This document shows, one piece after another, positions 47,759 to 57,630 of a stretch of 64,000 nt of DNA. Origin of the DNA: a virus; the IMG/VR virus record IMGVR_UViG_3300011269_000001; one strand, given 5' to 3'. How positions within the stretch are numbered: position 1 is the stretch's first letter; every line of letters starts with the position of its first letter. The notes beneath the pieces were generated by a model. It was given only the letters and a program-made list of their open reading frames with translations, did not search any database and was not told where the DNA came from. The position numbers and the translations under genes were made by a program.

Positions 47759-48244
47759 TCAATTCAAGAATCCAGTCTCGGGAATTTGAGTGACAAAGAC
47801 GCCCTTCTCGTCGTTGCCCGGCAGGTCCTTTTCAGCAATCCAGGCCGCATCCCGGAATGCAGCCACGAGACCAGGCTGTTCGAGCAGTACTGGCTCCAGA
47901 GCCGCGTTCACGGTCCCCTCGGGGACGTTCGGATAGTCTTCTGCCGTGTACTGGGCTTCGACGATGGTCAGGTACTTGACGTGGCGGTTCTGGGACATCG
48001 GCAAATAGCTTTCCGGCATGTTCTTGGCCCGGAGGATTGACCACAGACTCAGGAGCGCAGCGTCCAGGTCCAGGAAGGCCTCGTTCGCGGTCATGATTTT
48101 GAGCAACGTGTCGGCCTCGGGTAGCTCTGGCTTCTTGCCCTCCCTGACAATTTGCCTCATCGCTCGCGTGAGAAGGATTCGAAGCATCTGCCGCAGGGCG
48201 GTCAGCTGCATCTGCGTGAGCTTAGCTAATCGCATCATCGCCAT
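47759..48244 (-). CDS. Hypothetical protein
   Basis: Operon position. Confidence 0.5.
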   Translation of the reverse strand: MAMMRLAKLTQMQLTALRQMLRILLTRAMRQIVREGKKPELPEADTLLKIMTANEAFLDLDAALLSLWSILRAKNMPESYLPMSQNRHVKYLTIVEAQYTAEDYPNVPEGTVNAALEPVLLEQPGLVAAFRDAAWIAEKDLPGNDEKGVFVTQIPETGFLN

Positions 48245-48490
48245 CAGCTTAACCGTCCTTCCACAATGTCGCCGTCAAGCCAACCGTGTTCTTCGATTCG
48301 CATGCCTTGGCTTCGAATCGCTGGCTCATTGTAGCACCACTCCAGAGTCTTGTTCGCATCTTCCTGTCGACAGAATCGGACGGCGTCTAGGTGATTATGC
48401 ACCCAAGTGCTTCCAGGACAATTATTGCCACCCCAGTACATTGGCGCTGCCCCCGGGATACGATACCTCACGATGACCCAGGCAAAGGAC

Positions 48491-48877
48491 CTACCCATTG
48501 GTCGAAAGCTCCTTGGCTCGGCGCTCGAACTCAGCGCTCCGGAGAACCTGGGTCTGAGCGGCGTTGTCATCCCCGCGCTTCTGGAACATCTTGGCCAGAG
48601 ACAGAGCCTGCGCAGACTTCTTCTGGAAGGTCAAGGCCGTGACCTTGCCTTCAATCTTGCCCCGGGCCCATTCGCTGAGTAGATGAACCAAGAATGCGGC
48701 TTTGATTTTCTGGCCAGCGGCTACCGGGTCCGGGGCTGTCAGCAGGGCCTTGAGCTTGGCGTCAAAACGTTCATCGACACCGGTCCCGTCGCCGGCTTCG
48801 TCGTATTCACGGTTCATGGCCTGAAGTTCCTTGCGCAGGGCCGTGGTGTACTTCTGGATTTCGCGCTTGGTCTTCAT
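48491..48877 (-). CDS. Hypothetical protein
   Basis: Start at MKTKREIQ, coupled to the upstream stop. Confidence 0.45.
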   Translation of the reverse strand: MKTKREIQKYTTALRKELQAMNREYDEAGDGTGVDERFDAKLKALLTAPDPVAAGQKIKAAFLVHLLSEWARGKIEGKVTALTFQKKSAQALSLAKMFQKRGDDNAAQTQVLRSAEFERRAKELSTNG

Positions 48878-49119
48878 AGGTCGCAGAGTGTATTCCAGCC
48901 GTCGGTTCCACCGGACTCGTTGGGAAGAAACATAGAAAGTCCGCCGAACTTCCAACGCTCCTCTTTTGCATTCAGGTAGATTTCCACTCGACCCACCAGC
49001 CTGCCGGTTGGTGAACACACCATCAGGTAGCCGCGCCAGTCACTTGCTTTCAAGAATGTCGTCGGCATCCCGATGAAGGTTTCAATTTTCTTTTTTAGTT
49101 CGGCGTATGGTTTAGCCAT
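48874..49119 (-). CDS. Hypothetical protein
   Basis: Coupled genes. Confidence 0.4.
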   Translation of the reverse strand: MAKPYAELKKKIETFIGMPTTFLKASDWRGYLMVCSPTGRLVGRVEIYLNAKEERWKFGGLSMFLPNESGGTDGWNTLCDL

Positions 49120-49316
49120 TGCATTCCTCCAAAAATCTTCCGGTACTCTTCCAGGTCGTACGTGTACTTGGCGATGGTGTCACCACTAATGAGAATTCCT
49201 TCCCAGTAGAAACCCCATGGACGTCTCATCTCGTGATAGTCCGCGAGGAGATTCTCAATCGCGTATACCTCGGGCCAGCTGCCGTTGTCAACCGGTCTGA
49301 TAGATGGGATGCTCAT
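49095..49316 (-). CDS. Hypothetical protein
   Basis: Coupled genes. Confidence 0.4.
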   Translation of the reverse strand: MSIPSIRPVDNGSWPEVYAIENLLADYHEMRRPWGFYWEGILISGDTIAKYTYDLEEYRKIFGGMQWLNHTPN

Positions 49317-49684
49317 GGCCCGCCACTGTCGTCAGGAAGCTGCACGTTGTTCAGGGCCTTGGCGGCGATTCCCCGGGCTTTGATGTTGCGGTCCACGCAA
49401 CTGAGGGTCGCGTCATTCAAGGTATCAAGCACATCCATCACGGCCATGTGCATGTCGAAGTTGTTGTTGTCGTAGTGACTGACCTGGCTTCTGAGGTCTT
49501 CGATGTTGCTCTTCGCTTCCTTTAGCTCCTCGGCTGCGCGCACGTAGTCTTTGGCAATGACCTTGAGTCTCGTCTCGGCCAGAGCCGACATGCCCACGGT
49601 CCCGAGGGCGAGACCGCCGATAAATATTCCTGCAAAAGTCAAATTTTTCATTTTACCCTCATGGAACAGGTCTGATTGTGACAC
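49313..49684 (-). CDS. Membrane-anchored coiled-coil protein
   Basis: N-terminal TM helix plus heptads. Confidence 0.45.
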   Translation of the reverse strand: MSQSDLFHEGKMKNLTFAGIFIGGLALGTVGMSALAETRLKVIAKDYVRAAEELKEAKSNIEDLRSQVSHYDNNNFDMHMAVMDVLDTLNDATLSCVDRNIKARGIAAKALNNVQLPDDSGGP

Positions 49685-49906
49685 TTCGCGGTCCGGATTT
49701 TGACTTGGCGGTGTTCAATCATCATGGCTGCCAGCAACGCGGCAATGATGATGACCAGAATCGATTCAACCAACCCACTGCGACTCATCTCTTTTCCTGC
49801 GACATTGGACGGGAAGCCAAAGTGAACTGCAATCGAATTTGCTTCATCATCATGGCGGCCAACAGCACGGCAATGATGATAACCAGTACAGCCTCAAAGC
49901 GCCTGT

Positions 49907-50359
49907 TCATTTTTTCCTTCCAAAGGGTAAGTCTTGACCGTGTAGGTCTACCCATTTGTCAATGTACTGTATGCTATCTGCAACCAGCTGTCTATGGACC
50001 CGGCCATGCCAGCGATTTTTCTTAGGTTTTGGGATGAGAAATCGACCTATCGTTTCCATTAGTTCTTCTTGAATGAGGACATGATGCCAGTAGTGACTGA
50101 ACTCGTGAGCAACTGTCAACCAGGAGAGCATGCTCGTGTCATAGTGAATGGTTCGTGTCTTCCCTCGGTAGAAACTATGACTGGCTTTCATGGGGTCGCC
50201 GTCAATAAAAATAATTTTGGGTCTTCGCAGCCGCGCCCAACGACTGAGACGATGGACTACGGCCACGGCTTCCTTGGGTTGGCAGCCGGTACGATGAGCC
50301 CTCGGGTACGCGGCCCAAAGCTGAGCATCATAGTGCGGAGCAAAAGCGATTCGGGCCAT
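49907..50359 (-). CDS. SprT-like HExxH metalloprotein
   Basis: TVAHEFSHYWH...WHG; start uncertain. Confidence 0.55.
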   Translation of the reverse strand: MARIAFAPHYDAQLWAAYPRAHRTGCQPKEAVAVVHRLSRWARLRRPKIIFIDGDPMKASHSFYRGKTRTIHYDTSMLSWLTVAHEFSHYWHHVLIQEELMETIGRFLIPKPKKNRWHGRVHRQLVADSIQYIDKWVDLHGQDLPFGRKK

Positions 50360-50582
50360 GTGGTATACTCTCTGCATGATACCAGACTCTGAAGTCAGAG
50401 ACAACCTTCTTAATTGGTCGGAAGCTGCCCGGGCTTTATACGGCGGCCGTTACGAACACTTCAAAAGTCTTCTGAAAGAACAGTCCGAGACCAGAGACAA
50501 TCTTCTTCTTGACGGGTCCTCCACCGCCAACCCTGGCGAAGACTTTCCTGAGGACCTGAAACAACCCCCAGAAGAGGTTTTT

Positions 50583-50828
50583 ATGGCCAAGAAGGTTCAT
50601 ATAGTACCAGTTTTCGAGATTCGTCCCCGCGAAGGATGCGATGACAAGATTTCCACCGGCGCCAATACCAGAGTCTTCATGGACGGTAAGCCGTTAGGTA
50701 ATTGTCGTTCTATTACGGTCCACGCTGAGGCTGGGAAACTCACCACCATCAAACTTGAGCTTTGGGGTATTCTCAAAGCCAAGGTCATGGGCAAGCCAGA
50801 AGTTCAAGTCAAAACCATCGAGGTATAA
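50583..50828 (+). CDS. Small beta-rich protein at the start of the tail module
   Basis: GAGG RBS before ATG 50583; follows CAATCTT at 50498. Confidence 0.55.
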   Translation: MAKKVHIVPVFEIRPREGCDDKISTGANTRVFMDGKPLGNCRSITVHAEAGKLTTIKLELWGILKAKVMGKPEVQVKTIEV

Positions 50829-50830
50829 CC

Positions 50831-51232
50831 ATGGCATTTACAGATGAGAAGCAGTCCTTCACCATCAACACCACCGGGGAAATCACCGGCCAACAGTTTC
50901 CGGGCAAGTTCACGGTCCGGATGAAGCTTGCACACCGAGACAATCTCCGTCGGGACCAGTTCCGCCGAGACCTTCTGGGTCCAGGCGCTCCTGATGCCAG
51001 CGTAGAAGCCAATCGGATTGCTACCGTTTTCTCCAAGATTTGGATTCACCTCACCGAAGCCCCGACTTGGTGGAAAGAAGCCAGCAACGGCCTTGACCTT
51101 GTCGACGAGGCTCCGGTCTCGGCTGTCTATGACGGTATTCTCAAGCTCGAAAGAGAAGCTTTCGAAGCCCTGAAGAAGGACGCGGCCGGGGCCAAAGACG
51201 AGTTGAAGACCACCGTCGAGAAAGCTGCCTAA
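50831..51232 (+). CDS. Tail assembly chaperone (G-like)
   Basis: GAGG RBS; GKFTVR...LTEAPTWW...VY motif; upstream of the tape measure gene. Confidence 0.7.
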   Translation: MAFTDEKQSFTINTTGEITGQQFPGKFTVRMKLAHRDNLRRDQFRRDLLGPGAPDASVEANRIATVFSKIWIHLTEAPTWWKEASNGLDLVDEAPVSAVYDGILKLEREAFEALKKDAAGAKDELKTTVEKAA

Positions 51233-51261
51233 CTTAGTCGTACCTCAGGTACGGGAAAGTT

Positions 51262-51750
51262 ATGAAATGCGAAGGGTCGGTCTGCAAGCGAAGGCACGAC
51301 AATGGTACTGGACATAGTTGGAGATATGAAAACAGTGGAGGCTGCATTGAATGTAGAAAAGTTTACGACAGGTCTCCTCCCAAAAGAGCTTACGATAAGG
51401 TTCGGCAATCTTCGCCCGAGGACCTAGCTCGCAGAAAAGTCTACAACGCTTCGCCTAAGGGGCAATTCTACCAATACCGAGCCCGCGCCAAAAAGAACTG
51501 TCTCGTTTTTAATTTAACGCGTGAGGAATTCTCCCAACTAACCGACAGTCCTTGTGTCTACTGCGACAATTTTTTCAACAATAAACCTCATGGTGGTCTT
51601 GACAGAATAGACAACGCTCAGGGGTATACCGCCAGTAACGTAGTGCCGTGTTGTTGGTTTTGCAATAAACTGAAGGGCAGTCAGTTTACCTATGCAGAAA
51701 CTCTAGCCATGATTCATGTCCTAGTCCTTCTGCGCAAAAAAGTATGTTAA
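51262..51750 (+). CDS. HNH-like endonuclease inserted in the tail module
   Basis: CVYC...GLDRIDNAQGYTASNVVPCCWFCNKLKG; AT-richer than neighbours. Confidence 0.8.
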   Translation: MKCEGSVCKRRHDNGTGHSWRYENSGGCIECRKVYDRSPPKRAYDKVRQSSPEDLARRKVYNASPKGQFYQYRARAKKNCLVFNLTREEFSQLTDSPCVYCDNFFNNKPHGGLDRIDNAQGYTASNVVPCCWFCNKLKGSQFTYAETLAMIHVLVLLRKKVC

Positions 51751-52328
51751 TGAATTACGGAGATTCACTCAAGCTAGTCGCCCTCCGGAACGTTATCAAG
51801 CAAGACGGGGACGACTACAATCTCCGTTTCATCTTTCGCTGGTTCAGCGAAAAGTTTCATGTCCCACTGCATCTGGTCGAACGCCTTCCTCTTCACGAGG
51901 TACTTCTGAATTACTGGGAGCGCGTCTACGAGGAAATGAAAGATGAGGACCGTCAGAAGGAACTGGCAGAACTCATCGAATCCGAAGAAGAACGTTTCGC
52001 CCGTTTCATCAAAGAAGACTTTGAGGACGTGGAGCGCGAGGAGTTTGCGAAGATAGCTGCTGAGGAAGAGGAGCGTCGGTTCAAGAAAAAGAGAAAGGCT
52101 CAAAAGTTCGCTGAGGTCGTCAAGCTAGACCCCAACGCCCCGAGACCGTTGCGACCAGCTCCGGTCGGTGAAGAGACAGACCTCCCGACGGTGAAGGCCC
52201 CACGTCTCGAACTTCCTCCAGATATTACCATGACTTTCGTGGATGAACTCCCTGAGGAAGAACTCGATGGGCCGGGCAAATTCAATCCTCCGAAAAAAGA
52301 CCGTCCGGGGACAATCTTACTACCGTAG
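51744..52328 (+). CDS. Tail assembly chaperone (T-like) / pre-tape-measure protein
   Basis: LRFIFRWFSEKFHVPL..VE.LP...VL..YWE pattern with acidic tail; directly before the tape measure gene. Confidence 0.55.
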   Translation: MLMNYGDSLKLVALRNVIKQDGDDYNLRFIFRWFSEKFHVPLHLVERLPLHEVLLNYWERVYEEMKDEDRQKELAELIESEEERFARFIKEDFEDVEREEFAKIAAEEEERRFKKKRKAQKFAEVVKLDPNAPRPLRPAPVGEETDLPTVKAPRLELPPDITMTFVDELPEEELDGPGKFNPPKKDRPGTILLP

Positions 52329-52355
52329 GCGCCTTCTCAGGGGAAGTGCCGACTC

Positions 52356-54779
52356 ATGCCCGAATCCAAACAATTAAAATTTTCTTTTGCCGTTGACGAA
52401 GCCAGCGCCCAACGAGTCAAGAACATTCTGCGTGAGCTTACGCAGGAAGCGGAGAAGTTTGCCAACGCCCTCAAAGGTGCCCAAGGCCCTGGTGGTGGCG
52501 GCGGAAGCCCATTTTTCGGCGGTGGTAACGTCGGAGCTGTGCCCTCAGGGGCCCAAACGGTTGGTCGTGGCGGAGCCCAACAGGCGGGCCGCGTCGGGGC
52601 CTTTTCCTTGGAATCGGTCACGGCTTTTAAGAATTTGTCTGTCCAAGGCCAAGACTCTCTCCGGCAGTTGGGGGCCTCGGTCCGCCAGTCTGTATCAGAA
52701 CAACGGTCTCAATTTGAAAGCCTCAACCGAGCTGTTCTTGAACTGACCTCCAATTACCGGAACCTTCAGGGAATGATGGGTGCCGGAGTGCCGGGTCCGG
52801 GGGCAACCAGTGCGACCGCGCCGGGAGCCTTTACTTATGTACCCGGTGGAGGTAGCACAGCTGCCACGGCCGCGGCTCTTGGGGCTCCAGGAGCACCGGC
52901 GCCCCCGGGCGGCGGAGGCCGAGTTGCTGGTGTAGCCGCTGCAGCCGCAGGTGGGGGCGGAGCCGCTGGGTTCGGTCTTGCGGCCCTGAGACGATTGGCA
53001 GCACCGGCTGCGGGCATCGGACTCATCGGGGACGTCGGTAAAGAATTCCAGTCCCAATATTTCCAGGACGTCCGGGCAGCTGCTCGTCACGCTCAAGCCT
53101 TCGGAACCCTGGCTGTAGAAACCCGTAAGGGCGACCTTTCAAATCTTGCCGCAATCCAAATGATTCGGCGCGAGAACCCTGAATTCTTCCAGACAGATGA
53201 CCTAAAACTTGCCATGAGAGCCGGGAAGATTCCGGGCTTCATGATGGGGCTGGTGACCAGACCCGCCGGAGCCTTCCGGGACATGTCCGACATCGAAGTT
53301 GAGGCAGAAGTCAAAGAAGCTCAGAGAAAATTTATTGAGCAGAAGAAACAGTCCATGCCAGACCTCATGGAAAGGCTTGGCACCTTCACTGAACAAGCTG
53401 AGGGGAACCTGGGGATGATGCGCCGGATGCAGATGGGTGAAGTTCCCATGCTGCAGATGTTCAGGCGTAACGCTGCCTTCAGCCGTGGTGAAGTCACCGG
53501 TGCTTTTGAATCAGTCCGTGGTGGTGGTTTGGGATTCGCCAACCGCAACATGGGTGCAGTCTTGGGGGCAATGACCGGGGGCATGGGTGCCGGCGCCGCG
53601 GGGCAGATTCTAACCGCTGCCGCCCCGGGTGGTCGCGCGAGCCGATTCCTGGCATCCTTCGGGGGGCTGGACGCGGTCGCGGCTGAACGTGCTGGCATCG
53701 CCGCCGGGGCACAACTTCAGACCGGGGGCCCGATTGTCAGCGGTGTGCCATTTGCTGATGCGATGACAAGATTTGGTTTCGGCCGTGGCTCAGCCATGGA
53801 CACTGTCACGGCCGGATACACTGGCCAGGCATTGGCAGGCCTAAAGAGTATTGGCGGCGGCGCGGACCCAATGGGCCGTGGCATCAGGATTCTGACCGCA
53901 GAACGGGTTCTGGGACCAGGTACCAGCATTGCGTCCCGAGACTATCTGACTAACATCAGCACCCATCCAGAGCTTATTTCCCAGGCCATGAGCGCCCAAG
54001 ACGGGACAGAACCTCCTGAACTCCGGATGCGGGGAATTACCTGGTCGCAGGTAAGGAATTTCTACCAGCAATCCACTTCCCAAGACCTCAGGGCTAGAAT
54101 TCCGGGCATCTTCAGTGGCTCCGACAAAGTCTCGACATCGATGAACAAACTTTTCGATGTCTACGGCGGCGATATCACAGCCTTCCGACGTGGCGAGGTT
54201 GGCAGAGGTAAGACGTTTTCCTCTGTGAATGAAGCCCGGGTGGCCATTGGTGCCGGACTCCAGGCAGTCTTCCCGCAGACCGTTGAAGGCGACCTCCAGG
54301 CTCAGCGGATGTCAGATATATTATTTGCTCAAGACCCAACGCTTCGGCTCGGCGCCGGAGGAGCACCGAGGGGTCGTCGTGGGGTCAGCGGCGGACAGTC
54401 AGCAGATTATCTGAAACGAACCCGGACCGCAGCTGAAACATCTCAACTTGAACTCTTGGCCGGTGCCGGCGGAGAGGGAACGGGCATCTCGCCAGCATCT
54501 CTTGCCGCCAGTATGAAAGAAGGGCAGAAACTCTTCAAGGAGATGGGAAACATCAGCACGACCGCCGCTTCCGGGGCCAACTCTCTAGCAGCTTTTACAG
54601 CGGCCGTAGATAAGGCGACCCCGGCTCTCTTGAGGCTCGGTGGAGATGTCAAAGGTGCGGCTGCGTTTGAAGCCGACCTGAAGCGTCGTCGACAGGAAGA
54701 AATAGCCCAGCAGATGAAGAATGAGAAGGCAAGCTCTCAACGTCCCGAAGAAAATACCACATACCTCGGGACACCTTAA
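52356..54779 (+). CDS. Tape measure protein
   Basis: Ala/Gly-rich helical 807 aa ORF between the chaperones and the hub. Confidence 0.7.
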   Translation: MPESKQLKFSFAVDEASAQRVKNILRELTQEAEKFANALKGAQGPGGGGGSPFFGGGNVGAVPSGAQTVGRGGAQQAGRVGAFSLESVTAFKNLSVQGQDSLRQLGASVRQSVSEQRSQFESLNRAVLELTSNYRNLQGMMGAGVPGPGATSATAPGAFTYVPGGGSTAATAAALGAPGAPAPPGGGGRVAGVAAAAAGGGGAAGFGLAALRRLAAPAAGIGLIGDVGKEFQSQYFQDVRAAARHAQAFGTLAVETRKGDLSNLAAIQMIRRENPEFFQTDDLKLAMRAGKIPGFMMGLVTRPAGAFRDMSDIEVEAEVKEAQRKFIEQKKQSMPDLMERLGTFTEQAEGNLGMMRRMQMGEVPMLQMFRRNAAFSRGEVTGAFESVRGGGLGFANRNMGAVLGAMTGGMGAGAAGQILTAAAPGGRASRFLASFGGLDAVAAERAGIAAGAQLQTGGPIVSGVPFADAMTRFGFGRGSAMDTVTAGYTGQALAGLKSIGGGADPMGRGIRILTAERVLGPGTSIASRDYLTNISTHPELISQAMSAQDGTEPPELRMRGITWSQVRNFYQQSTSQDLRARIPGIFSGSDKVSTSMNKLFDVYGGDITAFRRGEVGRGKTFSSVNEARVAIGAGLQAVFPQTVEGDLQAQRMSDILFAQDPTLRLGAGGAPRGRRGVSGGQSADYLKRTRTAAETSQLELLAGAGGEGTGISPASLAASMKEGQKLFKEMGNISTTAASGANSLAAFTAAVDKATPALLRLGGDVKGAAAFEADLKRRRQEEIAQQMKNEKASSQRPEENTTYLGTP

Positions 54780-54785
54780 CCGGCC

Positions 54786-56645
54786 ATGGCAAGTTTCGAT
54801 ATCAGCCAAGACTTCGTTACCCGAGGGGATAACTTTCCCAGTCCGGAAAAGTTTGCCAGCGTAGCACCCTCATGGGTGCTTTGTGTCGTTCGCTTCAAAC
54901 ACGCGGTGACCTTTTCCCGTGACCTGGAGCAGAGTGCCTCGTTGGATGGTTCAGAAGCTGCAGCAGAGCGTGGTGACCCGTTGATAATCAGTAGCGATTG
55001 TCTGACGGTAAACACGACCACGACTAAAGAGAGTCATGTTTCTAACCTGGCCGCGACTCTGATTCAAGGAGATGTCAATTACCTGACGGAAATCATGCCC
55101 GGTGACTGGCTCTTCTGCTGGATGCACAATAGCGAAGAAGATAGCACAGATATCATCAGCAGGATTCAGAGGAAACAGGCTTGTAACAATTTCAGAGACG
55201 GGCTGAAATTTGTCGGCAGAGTCTATTCTATCCGAAAGATGCTGGCCGTAGACGCCGCCGGTAAGAAGACTGCCCGCTATCAGCTCGTCGGGACCGGTTT
55301 CACTGAACTAGATTCTGAAGTTTTCTTCGACCCTGACTTGGTGAATGCGGAGCAGACTATCAGAACCTGGTTGGGTCGACTGGGTAGGGATATTGACAAT
55401 TTCCTGAGTCAAGACGGCCTTGATATCAATCTTGCCATCCCCTCCTTGGTGGAAACATTCTTTGGCCGAGGAGTCCCCAGAGCCGTGGCTGTACCAGATG
55501 GTGAAACCAGGCTCCAACAGGTTACCGGTCTGACGGAAGGTCTTGGTGACGCCCCATTTGCTTACGTAGTACCAAAGACCGTGGGAAGTCTCATGGGCAA
55601 GACCGCCAGGGCTCATAGCCAGAGCGGGATTCTAGCATACGCCGACCTCCTGGAAGCAATCTACGGTGTGCAAAAATATTCAAACCAGAGCGACCAACTG
55701 TCGTTTGGCCCATTCATTCCAGACGGAATTACCGAACAACCGTTTAATCAGCGCAAGACCGGGAAGAAGATGATGGGGCTTTTCCTCTCTCAAATTCCTC
55801 AGTGGACTGGCAAATCAGTGTGGAGCATTCTTCATCAGTACCTGAATCCAAGCGTCAACGAGATGTATACCTGCCTGAGAGTAAACCCAGAAGGTCAGGT
55901 CATGCCGACCCTTGTGGTCCGACAGCTACCCTTCAGTTCAAAAATCCTGGAAAGGGTCCTGCGCAACCACCCGGACGTGACAGTGACGACATTCCTGGAA
56001 CTTCCCCGTTGGACAACACCAGACTATCTCGTACAGACATTTGACATCGGTCGTGGCAACACATCCAGGTTCAATTTTGTCCACATCATTGGCCAGGCTC
56101 CGGTGCAGTCAGAAGCCTTCAATGCCACTGCTCAGCTGATTCGCTCCCCGCCGGTGCGCGATGACCAAGACATCAGACGTTCTGGCCTGAGAATGTACAA
56201 TGAAACCGTGGCCGTGGGCGTAGAACTTCAACGCCGAGGACCGACAGAGTGGATTCAGTTCCGAAGCGACATGCTCATGGGTCACCATCTGACCCTGCAA
56301 GGCACCATGACCTTGTTCGGAATCCAGTCCCCAATCGTTGAGGGAGACAATTTTGAGTTTGGCGGAGTTGTTTTTCATATTGAATCCGTGGCCCACTCCT
56401 GTTTCCTCGACGCTGAAGGCCGGAAGAAGTTTCAGACCACCTTGACTCTGTCCAATGGAGTGAACCCACGGTTCGTGGACAATTTTGTAAACCAGGGAAT
56501 ACTTTCGGACAAGAATATCTTCGTCGGACTGAGACCTGAGGAGTTAATCGACCAGAATCCGAGCCGAAGCTACGAAGGTCGTGACAAAGTCCCCGACCCC
56601 GATGATGCCGCTGAAGTTGATATCCAAAGACCGCCCCCGACTTAG
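54786..56645 (+). CDS. Baseplate hub protein
   Basis: Position; GRVYSIR, LVVRQLPF, GTMTLFG...IVEGD...FHIESVAHS...TTLTLSNG hub-like pattern. Confidence 0.7.
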   Translation: MASFDISQDFVTRGDNFPSPEKFASVAPSWVLCVVRFKHAVTFSRDLEQSASLDGSEAAAERGDPLIISSDCLTVNTTTTKESHVSNLAATLIQGDVNYLTEIMPGDWLFCWMHNSEEDSTDIISRIQRKQACNNFRDGLKFVGRVYSIRKMLAVDAAGKKTARYQLVGTGFTELDSEVFFDPDLVNAEQTIRTWLGRLGRDIDNFLSQDGLDINLAIPSLVETFFGRGVPRAVAVPDGETRLQQVTGLTEGLGDAPFAYVVPKTVGSLMGKTARAHSQSGILAYADLLEAIYGVQKYSNQSDQLSFGPFIPDGITEQPFNQRKTGKKMMGLFLSQIPQWTGKSVWSILHQYLNPSVNEMYTCLRVNPEGQVMPTLVVRQLPFSSKILERVLRNHPDVTVTTFLELPRWTTPDYLVQTFDIGRGNTSRFNFVHIIGQAPVQSEAFNATAQLIRSPPVRDDQDIRRSGLRMYNETVAVGVELQRRGPTEWIQFRSDMLMGHHLTLQGTMTLFGIQSPIVEGDNFEFGGVVFHIESVAHSCFLDAEGRKKFQTTLTLSNGVNPRFVDNFVNQGILSDKNIFVGLRPEELIDQNPSRSYEGRDKVPDPDDAAEVDIQRPPPT

Positions 56646-56647
56646 CC

Positions 56648-57616
56648 ATGAAACTAATTGATGGAACAGTTGTACCCAGTCATCTTTCGGTCCGGAACAC
56701 AGCCAGACCTGAAGCCAGTGGAATGCAATCCAACTTCGCCCTGCGTCAAGGTGAAGTCGTTGACGTTCTCTATCCCGATGACCCCCGCAATGTCAGCAAA
56801 AAGTTCATCGAATACAAAGTCCACGTGCAGCACCGGGATGCAACTGGATGGGTTGGAATCGACTACAACAATTGCTTTCTGATGAGCACCTTCGGGGGCA
56901 TTGCCGACAAGCTTCGGTACACTTTCCGGAAGAGCACCAAACAACAAAACCAGGACCCGGCCAATACCCCCAGCCTTGGCTCAAAGGTCATTATCCTCTG
57001 TATCAACGGTCTGCAGACCAATGCGGTCATTCTCGGCGGCATCAGAGATGCCCAGGAACAGGTGAAAGACACCAGGGCTGATGGTCACAATTTCTTTTTT
57101 GAGTTCAACGGCCTGCAGATGAAAATAGACGATGCCGGTGAATTCACCGTCTTCATGAGGGGCAAGACAAAGGCTGACGGGACCCTGGACCCCAGCGTTA
57201 CCGCCGGTGGCAGCAGCATCGCCATGACCAAAGACGGGAACGTTACTGTCGCCACTCCCGGGAATAGCCAGCTGATTCGGCTCAACAACACCAACAACAA
57301 GATAGAAATCAACGCCAGCCAGGAACTAGACCTCAACGTCAGCGGTCCTTCGTTCATCAAGTCCACAGGCCTCCAGGTTGGCGCCGGCACAGATGCTATG
57401 CCCAGGTTCACGACCTACCGAAACGCCCAGGCGAACTTGCACAGCGCTTTGACTTCTGGATTACGACAACTGGCACAGGCAATCAGCACCTCGACCCTGA
57501 ACCCTCCGACGGCCAAAACAACCTTTGCAGCAGCTTGCTTGGCCATGATTCAAGCCATCCAGAGCTTTGAACAAAACGCTGCCAGCTACCAATCGACCAA
57601 GAACACCAACGACTAG
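56648..57616 (+). CDS. Baseplate central spike (gp5/gpV-like)
   Basis: N-terminal OB-fold pattern (GEVVDV...GSKVIILCING....AVILGG) followed by beta-strand repeats. Confidence 0.7.
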   Translation: MKLIDGTVVPSHLSVRNTARPEASGMQSNFALRQGEVVDVLYPDDPRNVSKKFIEYKVHVQHRDATGWVGIDYNNCFLMSTFGGIADKLRYTFRKSTKQQNQDPANTPSLGSKVIILCINGLQTNAVILGGIRDAQEQVKDTRADGHNFFFEFNGLQMKIDDAGEFTVFMRGKTKADGTLDPSVTAGGSSIAMTKDGNVTVATPGNSQLIRLNNTNNKIEINASQELDLNVSGPSFIKSTGLQVGAGTDAMPRFTTYRNAQANLHSALTSGLRQLAQAISTSTLNPPTAKTTFAAACLAMIQAIQSFEQNAASYQSTKNTND

Positions 57617-57630
57617 CAATCTTTAAGAAT

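Noticed and set aside
50514-50565. Hammerhead-like CTGAGGA...GAAAC core
   Set aside because: Stems I, II and III cannot be formed.
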